A DNA stretch of 33,887 nt, taken from IMG/VR virus record IMGVR_UViG_3300023198_000928, one strand, 5' to 3'. The stretch's first letter is position 1, and each line of letters opens with the position of its first letter. The position numbers and the translations under genes were made by a program. The stretch comes from an uncultured virus (IMG/VR IMGVR_UViG_3300023198_000928). Taxonomy: Duplodnaviria > Heunggongvirae > Uroviricota > Caudoviricetes. The notes below the pieces were generated by a model. It ran no database searches. It saw only the letters and a program-made list of their open reading frames with translations, and was not told the origin of the DNA. Shown piece by piece: positions 22,916 to 32,710 of the stretch.

Positions 22916-24313
22916 ATGTTTACACTTATTGGAGCAGTCCTTATAATACTAGCAATTTATCAATATTCAGCAATAAAATTCAACAAATTAAGAACTGAAG
23001 AAAATGCTGAGAAGACAGACCCATATTATCATAAAAGTTTATTGCCTTTAATTTTACCTACTAAACCTAAAATCACGGGAATTATTGGTGTATCTATATT
23101 ATTATTAAATGGGTTTTTCTTTATAAATCCTGCGGGTACAATTACATCTGTCCAGTATTTATGGGGTGGAGATACAATGGTAGAAACTCAAGGTGTTAAA
23201 GTTAAAGCTTGGGGTAGAACTATTCCTTTATCTTATGAAATTAGTATTCAAGATGTTATTGTAAAAGGTGACGAGCAATTAGCAGGAAATTCACCAGGGA
23301 TCTACAATAGATTAGCAGATAAATGGGAATTTGCAGATGCGATTAAAGCTGATATATCTACTGCAGTTATCATTGAGATAATTACAGATAATGATTCTAC
23401 ATTCTTAGCTATGGCTGATAGAAATAGATCAGAAGGTAAATTAATTGGAGGAAGAGTATTACCATCAATTGATGCAGCGTTGAAGAACACTTGTAAGTTA
23501 ATGGATGCACAAGATTATATTTCAGGAGCGTCGTCTGAGTTTGATAGATATTTCAGAGATCAGTTACAAAATGGTATGTATATCGTAGAAGAATATTATG
23601 AAACTGAAAATATTCCTCAAATTATTGGTGATACACTGGCAGTGAGAACTGTAGGTGCTGCAACTAATGGAAGACAGGTATCTAAACAAAAGAAATATAA
23701 AATTAAGAGAGATAGTTCAGGAGAACCAATGAGAGATAATGCATCTAATTCATTGAAGAATTATGGAATTAAGTTTGTTCAAGCAATGGTTACATCTATT
23801 GATTGGGAAGATTCTTTTGATACACGACTAGATAAGCAGAAAGATGAAGTAGCTAAGACTCAGCTAGAGAAGCAGGAAGCTGAAAGACAGTATTATACTG
23901 CTAAGAAGAATGAGGCTGAAGCTGAATCTAATAAAGTTGCAAGAAGAGGTGTATTAGAGTTAGCTCAAATTGAATCTACTATTGCTGCAGAAACTAAAGC
24001 AAAGTCAGCTAAATTTAAGGAAGAAGAGGAAGATAATTTATTAGCTGCTGCTAGTAAAGAGGCTAAGAGAATTAAGATTTTAGCTGATGCTGAAGCTTAT
24101 AAGAACCATAAATTAGTTATCTCAGGGTTAACACCTCAAGAACGTAGAACTATGGATGAGAAGATGAATGAGGATAAGTGGAAATATTTATCTCAAATGA
24201 AGTTCGATGGTGTTTATATGATGGATGGAACTAAAAGTAAAGGTGGTGATGGCTTGTTAGGTGCTTTGTTAGGTGCTGATGTAGCGAGAAATATGAAAAG
24301 TACAGGTAAATAA
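22916..24313 (+). CDS. SPFH/band-7 (flotillin-like) membrane protein
   Basis: Two N-terminal TM segments, an SPFH-like core and a long Ala/Glu coiled coil. Confidence 0.75.
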   Translation: MFTLIGAVLIILAIYQYSAIKFNKLRTEENAEKTDPYYHKSLLPLILPTKPKITGIIGVSILLLNGFFFINPAGTITSVQYLWGGDTMVETQGVKVKAWGRTIPLSYEISIQDVIVKGDEQLAGNSPGIYNRLADKWEFADAIKADISTAVIIEIITDNDSTFLAMADRNRSEGKLIGGRVLPSIDAALKNTCKLMDAQDYISGASSEFDRYFRDQLQNGMYIVEEYYETENIPQIIGDTLAVRTVGAATNGRQVSKQKKYKIKRDSSGEPMRDNASNSLKNYGIKFVQAMVTSIDWEDSFDTRLDKQKDEVAKTQLEKQEAERQYYTAKKNEAEAESNKVARRGVLELAQIESTIAAETKAKSAKFKEEEEDNLLAAASKEAKRIKILADAEAYKNHKLVISGLTPQERRTMDEKMNEDKWKYLSQMKFDGVYMMDGTKSKGGDGLLGALLGADVARNMKSTGK

Positions 24314-24371
24314 TTAATAAATAGGGTGTTAGTGTTAGTCATTGGCACCCTATCTATTTAAAATCACACTT

Positions 24372-25163
24372 ATGAGAAAAAAATTAATTGGAGAACTTAG
24401 AGACAATAAGGATAAATATCGTAGAGGCCTTATAGAGAATAACACAAACAGAGAAGCTCAAACATTAATGTTAGGTGCTAAAAGTGAGGATATAGCAGTA
24501 TTAGAAACTTTGGGTCTTGATCATCATATTAAATACAATCAAGCAGTTGAAGTCAAGTTAAGTAGAACGACAGCAATTGAAAAGATTTATGCTCGAGAGT
24601 CATTTACGGGTAAAGAAATTAAGAAGCTTTGTTTAAAATATTATTTGAAGATGCTTCATGTAGATGCATATAATGGACCTGTACCAAAAGAATTGACTAA
24701 AGCAATCAATGAGTTTAGAGATGAAAATGATGCAGTTAAAATAACGACTAATAATTTCTTTATTTTAGCGCCTGTTAAACAATTTGAAGATGTAAAGACT
24801 GTCAAAGCTTACGGTGATCCTATCTTATTTTACAGAGAAGATAATAATTATAGTAGTTATAAAACAGAAGCAGAAACTGATGAGGTATTTAGTCAGTTAT
24901 ATACATGGGGAGATGGATTTTCACCACTCAGACAGTATCATATATTATTTGATAAAAACTGTAATAAAATGGGTTCTGATGAAGCATTATCGCCTGCAGC
25001 CAGAACAGTAATGTCAATTATGTTTTATATACTAGCTTTTATGTTATCTATTCTTGGATTTCCAGGATGGGGTATGGCGTTTGTAATAATAGCTATGATA
25101 CCAATTTCAACAATATTTATGTCTAAACAAAAAGCAGATAAAAGATGGAACGTACCAAATTAA
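24372..25163 (+). CDS. Hypothetical protein with two C-terminal TM helices
   Basis: ATG 24372 preferred; hydrophobic C-terminus. Confidence 0.7.
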   Translation: MRKKLIGELRDNKDKYRRGLIENNTNREAQTLMLGAKSEDIAVLETLGLDHHIKYNQAVEVKLSRTTAIEKIYARESFTGKEIKKLCLKYYLKMLHVDAYNGPVPKELTKAINEFRDENDAVKITTNNFFILAPVKQFEDVKTVKAYGDPILFYREDNNYSSYKTEAETDEVFSQLYTWGDGFSPLRQYHILFDKNCNKMGSDEALSPAARTVMSIMFYILAFMLSILGFPGWGMAFVIIAMIPISTIFMSKQKADKRWNVPN

Positions 25164-25438
25164 TGTTTATCCTATTATTTACAATGTTATTAGTATTTTC
25201 TTTATTCGATTGGTATGTAAATATCAATATAGGAGATGATGGAAGACCTATAGAACCAGAGATTAGATTATCTGATGAAGAAGCTAAATTAGTTATTGGT
25301 TCTGCAGCTAAATCTTATAGAAAATATTATTGGAAACAAAAGTCAGTAGTAGTAACTAAAAGAACTCTTATACCATTTGTATATACTAGAGATACGTTGT
25401 ATAAAGGTAAAGTAGAGTATTATTCACGAGAAAAATAA
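25163..25438 (+). CDS. Membrane-anchored hypothetical protein
   Basis: TAATG coupling; N-terminal TM segment. Confidence 0.65.
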   Translation: MFILLFTMLLVFSLFDWYVNINIGDDGRPIEPEIRLSDEEAKLVIGSAAKSYRKYYWKQKSVVVTKRTLIPFVYTRDTLYKGKVEYYSREK

Positions 25439-25452
25439 CAACAAAGACAACA

Positions 25453-26595
25453 ATGAAAGCAACAATAGTAATAGACCTTGGATACGGAGACAGTGGAAAA
25501 GGTATAGCAACAGATTATTTATGTGACCAAGCTAAGAACCCGGTAGTAGTAAGATTTTCGGGAGGTCAACAAGCAGGTCATACAGTAGTAAGAAATGGTA
25601 AGAAGCATACATTTTCAAACTTCGGATCAGGGACCTTTCAAGATGTACCCACATATTTTACAGAGCATACAACAGTTTATCCTAGTGCCATTGCAAGAGA
25701 GCAAGATAGATTAGCTGATTTAGGTGTTGAACCATTATTGGTAATTCATCCTTTAGCTAGATTAACAACTCCATATGATGTAATGCATAATAGAACGTGT
25801 ACTGATAACAAAGCACACGGCACTTGTGGAATGGGTGTTGGTAAAACTCACCATAGACATAATACTTCTGGATACAGACTCTATGCAGTGGACTTATTAT
25901 GTCCAGAGATATTACGGCAGAAGATGGAAAGAATTCGTGATGAATATTATGAAGCAGAATTTGGTGGAGATTTAGAATTAGATCTAATGTTGGAATTAGA
26001 AGAAGAGGAAAGAATATTTATGCAAGCTGTAAAAGGGCTTAAATGGATTATCAAAGGATATGAATTCTTAGAATGTTTTCACACTTTAGTATTCGAAGGT
26101 TCTCAAGGCGTTATGTTAGATAAAGATCACGGAGTATTTCCTCATGTGACATATTCTAATACTACATCTAAAGTTCCAATGGAGATCTGTGATAAATTAA
26201 ATATCTTAGATAGACAAGTATACCACGTTACTAGAGCATACTCTACAAAACACGGTTCCGGGCCTTATAATTCTTCAGGTAGACTAATTACTCTACAGAA
26301 TAATGATAAAGAGCATAATGTGACAAATAAATTTCAAGGAGAATTTTTAACCTCTCCCATGGATTATGAGATATTAAATCAAGCAATTCGCGTAGATGAA
26401 AGTTACACTAAAGGATACATGACTAATTTAATTGTTACATGTAATGACCAAATTGTTTTTCCTGAAAATGATTTTGATATTAACCAAGTAAATAAAAACT
26501 ATTATGAGGTTATGTATTCATATTCAGCTGAAACAATGGAATTAGTTGTAGCTAAAAAAGCAGTATTTAAACAGCGAGTTAACGCAGAAATTTAA
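25453..26595 (+). CDS. purA: Adenylosuccinate synthetase family protein (PurA-like, divergent)
   Basis: DLGYGDSGKG, RFSGGQQAGHT, HGTCGMGVG, FEGSQGVMLD, PHVTYSNT and TRAYSTKHGSGP motifs. Confidence 0.85.
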   Translation: MKATIVIDLGYGDSGKGIATDYLCDQAKNPVVVRFSGGQQAGHTVVRNGKKHTFSNFGSGTFQDVPTYFTEHTTVYPSAIAREQDRLADLGVEPLLVIHPLARLTTPYDVMHNRTCTDNKAHGTCGMGVGKTHHRHNTSGYRLYAVDLLCPEILRQKMERIRDEYYEAEFGGDLELDLMLELEEEERIFMQAVKGLKWIIKGYEFLECFHTLVFEGSQGVMLDKDHGVFPHVTYSNTTSKVPMEICDKLNILDRQVYHVTRAYSTKHGSGPYNSSGRLITLQNNDKEHNVTNKFQGEFLTSPMDYEILNQAIRVDESYTKGYMTNLIVTCNDQIVFPENDFDINQVNKNYYEVMYSYSAETMELVVAKKAVFKQRVNAEI

Positions 26596-26702
26596 AAGTA
26601 TCCTTGTGAGTAGGAGGTAAACTCTCAACTTTTTCATAGCAATTTTCCCCACTTTTAATTGAGTGGGGTTTCAAATTTAAAATAACACTTAAACCCTATA
26701 AT

Positions 26703-27284
26703 ATGGACTTAACTGAAAAATTTATAATAGATCATCAAGTTGAAATTAACAAATTCATAAAAGAATATTTACCTAAGTTTAGAGGAATATTAGAAACTGA
26801 AGGAATACAGAAAACAGTAGATATTGCATATAATTTAATGGATAGTATTAATGAAGATACAGGATTAAATGATAGAACTACATGTGCAGGAGCAGGATGT
26901 AATTTTTGTTGTTATGGTGAGATATCCCTATCTTCTTTAGAGGCTAGCTATATTCATTCTTATATAAATCAGGTAGAAATTCCTTTTGATAAAAAATTAG
27001 TAGAACGGCAAAATTTAAAGCCACATAAAGACTTAGCATATGCTAATAAAAGATGTGCTATGTTAAATGCTGAAGGAAAATGTAGAATATATGAAATTAG
27101 ACCTAGTATTTGTAGACTACATAACTCTACATCTGAACCACAACAATGTGATGAAAGAAAAGGACCTCCATCTATACAAACTCTTAGAACTATAGAAACT
27201 TTTGGTATAGCTGGTATTTTATATCTTTTATCAGATGAAAAGGTTTATAAACTTCAAAATATATTATTTGAGTACAATATGTAA
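26703..27284 (+). CDS. YkgJ family (CxxCxxCC) cysteine-cluster protein
   Basis: CAGAGCNFCC...CAML...CRIYEIRPSICR. Confidence 0.88.
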   Translation: MDLTEKFIIDHQVEINKFIKEYLPKFRGILETEGIQKTVDIAYNLMDSINEDTGLNDRTTCAGAGCNFCCYGEISLSSLEASYIHSYINQVEIPFDKKLVERQNLKPHKDLAYANKRCAMLNAEGKCRIYEIRPSICRLHNSTSEPQQCDERKGPPSIQTLRTIETFGIAGILYLLSDEKVYKLQNILFEYNM

Positions 27285-27305
27285 ATAAACTAAACAACGA
27301 CAACA

Positions 27306-27740
27306 ATGAGCAAGCCATACAAAAACGTAGAAAATAGTCTTAATTCTAGAGACATGAAATTTTATAGTAAATTAGAGGATGGTACTATTTTACCTTTCCC
27401 TAAGTCTGCTAATTCATTTTATAATATCAGTATGCATTTAATCAGATATTTTACTGAATATTATATTGCTGAAATATTACCTCATAATGATGGGGTTAAA
27501 TTTGGTGTACAAAGTAGAATTATGATGCTTAAAGATTTATTACGAAGACAAGAAGACAGTAACTATGTCATTGCAGATTGTCCTCCTATTATAGCTAATC
27601 TTATACTAGCTAAATTTAATATTCTTAAAGGATCTACTTACGATTATTTAAGCTATAGAGAAGAAAGACAAATAGAATTTCACATTAAAAAGAATTTTGA
27701 ACTAATTCTGAAAGGTGAGGGATATAATATTAATAATTAA
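27306..27740 (+). CDS. Hypothetical protein
   Basis: 144-aa ORF. Confidence 0.7.
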   Translation: MSKPYKNVENSLNSRDMKFYSKLEDGTILPFPKSANSFYNISMHLIRYFTEYYIAEILPHNDGVKFGVQSRIMMLKDLLRRQEDSNYVIADCPPIIANLILAKFNILKGSTYDYLSYREERQIEFHIKKNFELILKGEGYNINN

Positions 27741-27751
27741 ATGAATAACAA

Positions 27752-28111
27752 ATGACAAGAAACGCCACTATTGCCCAAGGAAAGCACTTTGTAAAAGAAG
27801 TGATTGCTCGTCTTAAACAAGATGACGACAAAGCCATTGCTGAAAAGAATGCTAGAATAGCTATTCAGTCTGTTAAAGGACAGTTATCAGCATTAGATTG
27901 GAAATTAATTAAAGCTGAAGGAGAACTTGAGAAAGCACAAGGTAATCTTCATAATGCTACATATCCAATTGTAGAAATTGAAAGCCCTGAAGATTATATT
28001 AAAGGGATTAAAGATGCTAAATTTGTATGTGATACAGCTACTGAAGATTATGATCAGTTAAAAGAGTCAATCGAATACTTTCAAAAATTATTAGATAAAT
28101 TCTTAAAATAG
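27752..28111 (+). CDS. Coiled-coil hypothetical protein
   Basis: 119-aa ORF. Confidence 0.75.
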   Translation: MTRNATIAQGKHFVKEVIARLKQDDDKAIAEKNARIAIQSVKGQLSALDWKLIKAEGELEKAQGNLHNATYPIVEIESPEDYIKGIKDAKFVCDTATEDYDQLKESIEYFQKLLDKFLK

Positions 28112-28120
28112 AGCTATATT

Positions 28121-28258
28121 ATGACTCCAAGATCCAAAGGAAGACAGATTAAAAGATTACAAAATCAACAATTAAGGGTTATGAATAATCCTAGTAGATT
28201 TGAAAATCTTCAAAAAAGAATTGATACTTTAGTAAATACAAAAGACGGTAAAAGATAA
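28121..28258 (+). CDS. Small basic protein
   Basis: 45 aa, hand-translated. Confidence 0.5.
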   Translation: MTPRSKGRQIKRLQNQQLRVMNNPSRFENLQKRIDTLVNTKDGKR

Positions 28259-28404
28259 AAGCACCCCTAAGTGAAGTGCTCTTGTTTTATTATTTACGAT
28301 TAACGAGTTGTTTAAAAGTAGGGTAATGAAAGACCAAAGACATTACCAATTATTAAATAAACATATGCTAATGTAATGAATAATTTTAATAAAAACGGAC
28401 TATT

Positions 28405-28533
28405 ATGAAAAAATTAAGAAAAAAAGGTAGAAAAAAGAGTGAAAAGTTTGTTGCTACCCTTAATATGGTAGTTCAACTTAGGTCAGCATTTGCACAAATA
28501 CCGAAAACTAAAATATTTAAACATTTATCGTAA
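28405..28533 (+). CDS. Small basic protein
   Basis: 42 aa, hand-translated; followed by a terminator. Confidence 0.45.
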   Translation: MKKLRKKGRKKSEKFVATLNMVVQLRSAFAQIPKTKIFKHLS

Positions 28534-28559
28534 GGTTTGTTGCCTTATTATTGTTGTCT

Positions 28560-28586
28560 GGGCTGGTGTAAAAGTCAGCCCTTTTT
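28560..28586 (+). terminator. Intrinsic terminator
   Basis: gggctggt-gtaaaa-gtcagccc followed by ttttt. Confidence 0.75.
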
Positions 28587-28613
28587 AAACCCAAAATAAA
28601 ATAAAATTAAAAA

Positions 28614-29564
28614 ATGAAAAATAATACCGAAGATTCAAAAGTGATGATAAATATCGTCAAAAAAGCATTATCAATGACAACGATTACAGCTCTTGCATTG
28701 AGACGTACAAATACACCAATTGATCAAGGCGTCGAAAATGTCGCTGATACGTGTGTAAAATTTGCTAATACATTCTTAAATGAATACACTAAAAATTTAT
28801 TCTTGAATAACCTTCATTATAATATTATGACTGCTGAGAAATATATTACCGATGAGGATATAAAAAGATGTGATGATGAAGAACAGAGAATGTTAATTAT
28901 CGCAAGAATAGTAGAAGAGATGACTGAAGAATGTGAGACTGTATATGATCATATTACTACTATCTGTTTTCCAGGATCAATCCTTAATTTAGAAGAAATA
29001 AATTTCAATAAAAGCTTTTCTTTTGAAAATTATGGAGACGCTGACGAAATTATGAGAGATGTATTAGGTCTTAATGATAATGATGACCATTATGATGAAA
29101 ATACGGAAGAAAATTCTAACGTTCAGTTTTTAGATCCTAATAATTTGCCTGATGATGTTCCAGATGAAATTAGAGATTTCCTTGCTAAACTTTCTAATGG
29201 TGAAATAGGAGATATTAATCCACGAACTGATATTAACAGAGAAAAAATAGAGATTGGAGATAAAATAATTCTTCATAAAGAGTTATTTACTTCGATGCTA
29301 ATTAATGAAGATGGTACTCAAGTTTGGAAAAAATCAGATGGACCTAAGAATTATCCAATGATTCGTCTTTTAAATAAAGAGGCTACAGTTATAGATAGCG
29401 GATTAGAAGTAGATTACATGTGTGCTAATTGTACAGGTATTCATCAAGCTAATCTAAAAGTTCATTTTACTGAATCTGATGAAATTTTCTTTATCGACAG
29501 TGATTATACAATTCCTTTATCTAAATATACAGCAGAAGATTATGGCAAGGAAATGGGTAATTAA
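28614..29564 (+). CDS. Acidic hypothetical protein with C-terminal CxxC...H motif
   Basis: 316-aa ORF. Confidence 0.75.
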   Translation: MKNNTEDSKVMINIVKKALSMTTITALALRRTNTPIDQGVENVADTCVKFANTFLNEYTKNLFLNNLHYNIMTAEKYITDEDIKRCDDEEQRMLIIARIVEEMTEECETVYDHITTICFPGSILNLEEINFNKSFSFENYGDADEIMRDVLGLNDNDDHYDENTEENSNVQFLDPNNLPDDVPDEIRDFLAKLSNGEIGDINPRTDINREKIEIGDKIILHKELFTSMLINEDGTQVWKKSDGPKNYPMIRLLNKEATVIDSGLEVDYMCANCTGIHQANLKVHFTESDEIFFIDSDYTIPLSKYTAEDYGKEMGN

Positions 29565-29850
29565 TGATAAAATGCTTAAATTAGCTAATGTAGAACTTCA
29601 TAGAGATATTAGTGAGGACAATACTACCACAGTGGGTGGAGGTTTTTGGGAAGTACTTGAAAACGGTGATATCTTATTATATGATCAAAGTTATGATTTT
29701 GGACCTATTACCCATCATGAATTTCTTATTACAGAAATGCCTAGAGCACTTAAACGAAAAGGAGTTACTTTATATTTTAGTATTAAAAAGACCCTAGTAA
29801 GTGCTAAGAAAGATATAGAGGATGGAATAGCTTTAATTAAGACAGAATAA
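29542..29850 (+). CDS. Hypothetical protein
   Basis: MARKWVI...HRDI...GGGFW...SYDFG; ATG 29542 preferred. Confidence 0.7.
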   Translation: MARKWVINDKMLKLANVELHRDISEDNTTTVGGGFWEVLENGDILLYDQSYDFGPITHHEFLITEMPRALKRKGVTLYFSIKKTLVSAKKDIEDGIALIKTE

Positions 29851-29947
29851 TAATTTCGAGAGTAAATAACAAAAGGGTGTGGGGTCCTTTAGATCATTTT
29901 CTTCAAATAATGAATCGCGTTATTTACTCTCTTTAAAAATCAAATCA

Positions 29948-30091
29948 ATGGGAGTAACTATTATTAAACGAGGAGGAAAAACAATTAAGATTGATTCAAC
30001 ATTTGCAAATGCTTTAAATTTTAAAGAAACTGTTCGCCACATAGTTAAAGATATTGAACAAAATAATAACGGTTATGAGAAAAAACGTTAG
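29948..30091 (+). CDS. Small hypothetical protein
   Basis: MGVTIIKRGG...; A-rich start context. Confidence 0.5.
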   Translation: MGVTIIKRGGKTIKIDSTFANALNFKETVRHIVKDIEQNNNGYEKKR

Positions 30092-30096
30092 CTTAT

Positions 30097-30894
30097 ATGA
30101 GTAAATTATACAAGAAATGCCCTACCATAGTCAAATTAATAGAGACTGAGGTACCAAAAATTGGACTAGACTATACTATTACAAAAGTATTAGAGAAAAA
30201 ATTAAAAGAACATAGACCTGATGTTGACGTACTTAGATTTGATGAGGATTTTAAAACTTACATTGTTAGCAAAAATATTTTAGAGACTGTTAAAACAATA
30301 GATATTAATGTGGCAAAAGACCATATGACATCTGAACATTTAACCGGTACTAAATTTTGCTTTGTCTTAGGTAATGATAATGATGGTTTATTATCTGTAG
30401 AAATAATAGAACTAGATGTAAAAGATACTGTTGTTAGTATTTTAGCTGTATTTAATTATCAATCAGGTAGTGGATTAAATACTGCTTTAGAAGATGTACT
30501 AGTAGGTTATGCTGATTTAGTAAATACTGAAATTATAACCATGTCTAAAGGTAAAGCCAGTACTGATGTTGAAGCTGAAAAAATAGGTACATTAGTAATG
30601 CAGCTAATTATATATCTTTATTACGGAGATATTGTTACAAAACATTATGCCCCTAATGAAAATATTCAATATTCATCTACTGAATTAGTTAAAAATACAC
30701 TTAAAACTCCTGTAATTTATCTTAATACTTTATGGAAGCAAAGAGTATCTGTAGGAGGATTTAAGGTTAAAGGACATTGGAGAATGCAAGCGTTCGGTAA
30801 AAGACATAAAGAACGGCAACTTAAATGGATCGAAGGATTTAATAAAAAAGGCTATAATAGAAAGGCTACAAAAGAAATAGTAGATGAACTATAA
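30097..30894 (+). CDS. Hypothetical phage protein with V.GHWR.Q..G motif
   Basis: C-terminal VKGHWRMQAFGKRHKERQLKWIEGFNK. Confidence 0.75.
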   Translation: MSKLYKKCPTIVKLIETEVPKIGLDYTITKVLEKKLKEHRPDVDVLRFDEDFKTYIVSKNILETVKTIDINVAKDHMTSEHLTGTKFCFVLGNDNDGLLSVEIIELDVKDTVVSILAVFNYQSGSGLNTALEDVLVGYADLVNTEIITMSKGKASTDVEAEKIGTLVMQLIIYLYYGDIVTKHYAPNENIQYSSTELVKNTLKTPVIYLNTLWKQRVSVGGFKVKGHWRMQAFGKRHKERQLKWIEGFNKKGYNRKATKEIVDEL

Positions 30895-31102
30895 AGTAAC
30901 AGTATATGTAATGACTCCTTATTACACAGTTGTAGAGGATGTTGAAACAGAAGAAGAGGCTGTTAAAATAGCTCTTGAAAGACAAGGACCTGCAATGCCC
31001 TCTAATCTATACAATTATGCAGAGGAAGAATGGGTAGCAGATGGAGTGTGTGAGTTTCCTAATTTGGGAAAGGATGAAAAACCTGAAGTAGAAGAGAATT
31101 AA
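30884..31102 (+). CDS. Small acidic protein
   Basis: 72-aa ORF overlapping the upstream stop. Confidence 0.7.
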   Translation: MNYKVTVYVMTPYYTVVEDVETEEEAVKIALERQGPAMPSNLYNYAEEEWVADGVCEFPNLGKDEKPEVEEN

Positions 31103-31132
31103 ATAAATATTTAAAATTTAAAGATTAAAGAA

Positions 31133-31765
31133 ATGGCTAAACAAAAAATGACCATCCACAGAGCATTATCAGAATTGAAATTGATTGACTCTAAAATTGA
31201 TAAAGGTATCCATGACCTCGATCCTATGGGATTGCAACAAGAAGGTAAATTGGTAAACAATAGATATCCTTTAGATGAATTTAATACTAGAGTTACTGGT
31301 AAATATCAGTCTATTACAGATTTGATTGAGAGAAAAATAAACATCAAACAGGCTATTATGTTTTCTAACTCTGTAACTATGGTGAAAATTGGTGATAAAG
31401 TAATGAAAGTAACTGATGCAATAGCATTTAAAGATATAGTTACTATGAAAGAGAGAGTAGCTAATAGAATGTTAATGAAGTCAAAAACAGTTGTGAATAA
31501 ATTTAACACTGAAAATGAGAGAGTTGAAGCTAAAGCACTTGAAAATGCTAAAATTATGGTAGGTAAAGATAATACCAAAGTTTCTGATAAAGAGGTTAAA
31601 GATTTAATGGAACCATTTATTAAAAGAAATTCCTATAAATTAATTGATCCTTTAGATGTTACTAATATTTTAGACGCTTTGACTAAAGAAATTGAAGAAT
31701 TTAAATCGGAGGTTGATGCTATACTCAGTGAGTCTAATGCATTAACATTCATAGAAATAGATTAA
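31133..31765 (+). CDS. Coiled-coil protein resembling the DIP1984/DUF6847 ('septicolysin'-annotated) family
   Basis: MTIHRALSELKLIDSKI...KINIKQAIMFSNSVT.V...EVDAILSESNALTFIEI. Confidence 0.7.
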   Translation: MAKQKMTIHRALSELKLIDSKIDKGIHDLDPMGLQQEGKLVNNRYPLDEFNTRVTGKYQSITDLIERKINIKQAIMFSNSVTMVKIGDKVMKVTDAIAFKDIVTMKERVANRMLMKSKTVVNKFNTENERVEAKALENAKIMVGKDNTKVSDKEVKDLMEPFIKRNSYKLIDPLDVTNILDALTKEIEEFKSEVDAILSESNALTFIEID

Positions 31766-31782
31766 CTTAAACAATTAACCAA

Positions 31783-32079
31783 ATGAGGCTAGCGGTACGA
31801 AAAATCCACACTTGATCCATCACACCATAAGATGTAAACAGCATGGTATTAAACACGCACTTTATAGCGTATACAAAAACTATATATAAAGCCACGAAGA
31901 TGGCAACCTATAAAAGTTTAAATGTTAAAGCTTAAAGTTTAAAGTGTAAAGATCAAAGATTAAATTATTAAATATTAAAGGCTTTAAAGTAAAAAGTTGG
32001 ATCAAATCCAAAATAAAAGTTTTAAATGTATTGATTAATTGACATGGGTTTTGAATTTGGCTGTACCGTTCAGTCTCAT
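31783..32079 (+). ncRNA. Putative 300-nt structured RNA with about 12 heptamer (YAAAGNN) repeats
   Basis: Ends pair (atgaggct/agtctcat and gcggtac/gtaccgt); repeats span 31912-31998; internal caaatccaaaat/gttttgaatttg stem. Confidence 0.65.
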
Positions 32080-32100
32080 ATTAAAAAAATGTGTACCATT

Positions 32101-32355
32101 ATGACACACGATGAAAAAATAAATTATATGAGGATTGCTGCAGGCATGGCATCCTTTAATCTCACAAATGCTCACTTAGATTTATTAGTAAGTCTTTATG
32201 AGCTAGTTATTAAAACAGAAGGAGAGGGAACTATTTCAGATGCTGTTGAAATTGAGATGGCTGTAGAACAAAGAGCTTTAGAGGCAGAAAAAATAGCCCT
32301 TATCAAAAGAAAACAAGCATTATTAGATGAGGTTTCTGAAAAAGTAGAGAACTAA
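32101..32355 (+). CDS. Hypothetical protein
   Basis: ATG 32101 (MTHDEKINYMRIA) preferred because 32044 lies inside the RNA element. Confidence 0.7.
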   Translation: MTHDEKINYMRIAAGMASFNLTNAHLDLLVSLYELVIKTEGEGTISDAVEIEMAVEQRALEAEKIALIKRKQALLDEVSEKVEN

Positions 32356-32366
32356 TTATGCACACA

Positions 32367-32439
32367 GGCTTGATAGCTCAGTTGGTAGAGCAAAGGATTA
32401 AACGTCCGAGTGTCCTAGGTTCGATTCCTAGTCGAGCCA
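32367..32439 (+). tRNA. Orphan tRNA-Phe-like gene with aberrant anticodon arm (apparent AAA anticodon)
   Basis: Acceptor ggcttga/tcgagcc and canonical D/T arms; anticodon arm aagga-ttaaacg-tccga. Confidence 0.7.
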
Positions 32440-32455
32440 CTAAATAATATAAGTT

Positions 32456-32707
32456 ATGGCAAATGCAAAAGCAACAGTTGAAAGGATTGAGTTTATCCTT
32501 GAAGAAAAATTTACCCATTGTAATATATTTTACATAAGTAATGAACCTAATACATTTTGGGGAGGTGGTTGGAAAACTAAGACATACCCAGCATCTACAA
32601 CAGTTATTGATATTCTAAATAAAGAGGTAATAAATTATCTTTATTGGGATAATGGTAGAACTTTAGGAGGAACTGAAAAATCTGTAAATGGAATACAACA
32701 AAATTAG
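32456..32707 (+). CDS. Hypothetical protein
   Basis: 83-aa ORF. Confidence 0.7.
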   Translation: MANAKATVERIEFILEEKFTHCNIFYISNEPNTFWGGGWKTKTYPASTTVIDILNKEVINYLYWDNGRTLGGTEKSVNGIQQN

Positions 32708-32710
32708 ATT

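Noticed and set aside
25453..26595. PurZ (Z-genome biosynthesis)
   Set aside because: The N-terminal motif GYGDSGKG keeps the PurA-type Asp, where PurZ has Ser. No DatZ or MazZ gene is seen in the window.
1935..31578. Short antisense or out-of-frame ORFs nested in long plus-strand genes (for example 2402-2608, 13747-14025, 20239-20472, 31306-31578)
   Set aside because: These are shadow ORFs with no motifs, lying inside better-supported genes.
31912..31998. CRISPR array
   Set aside because: The units are 7 nt with no spacers, and there are no cas genes.
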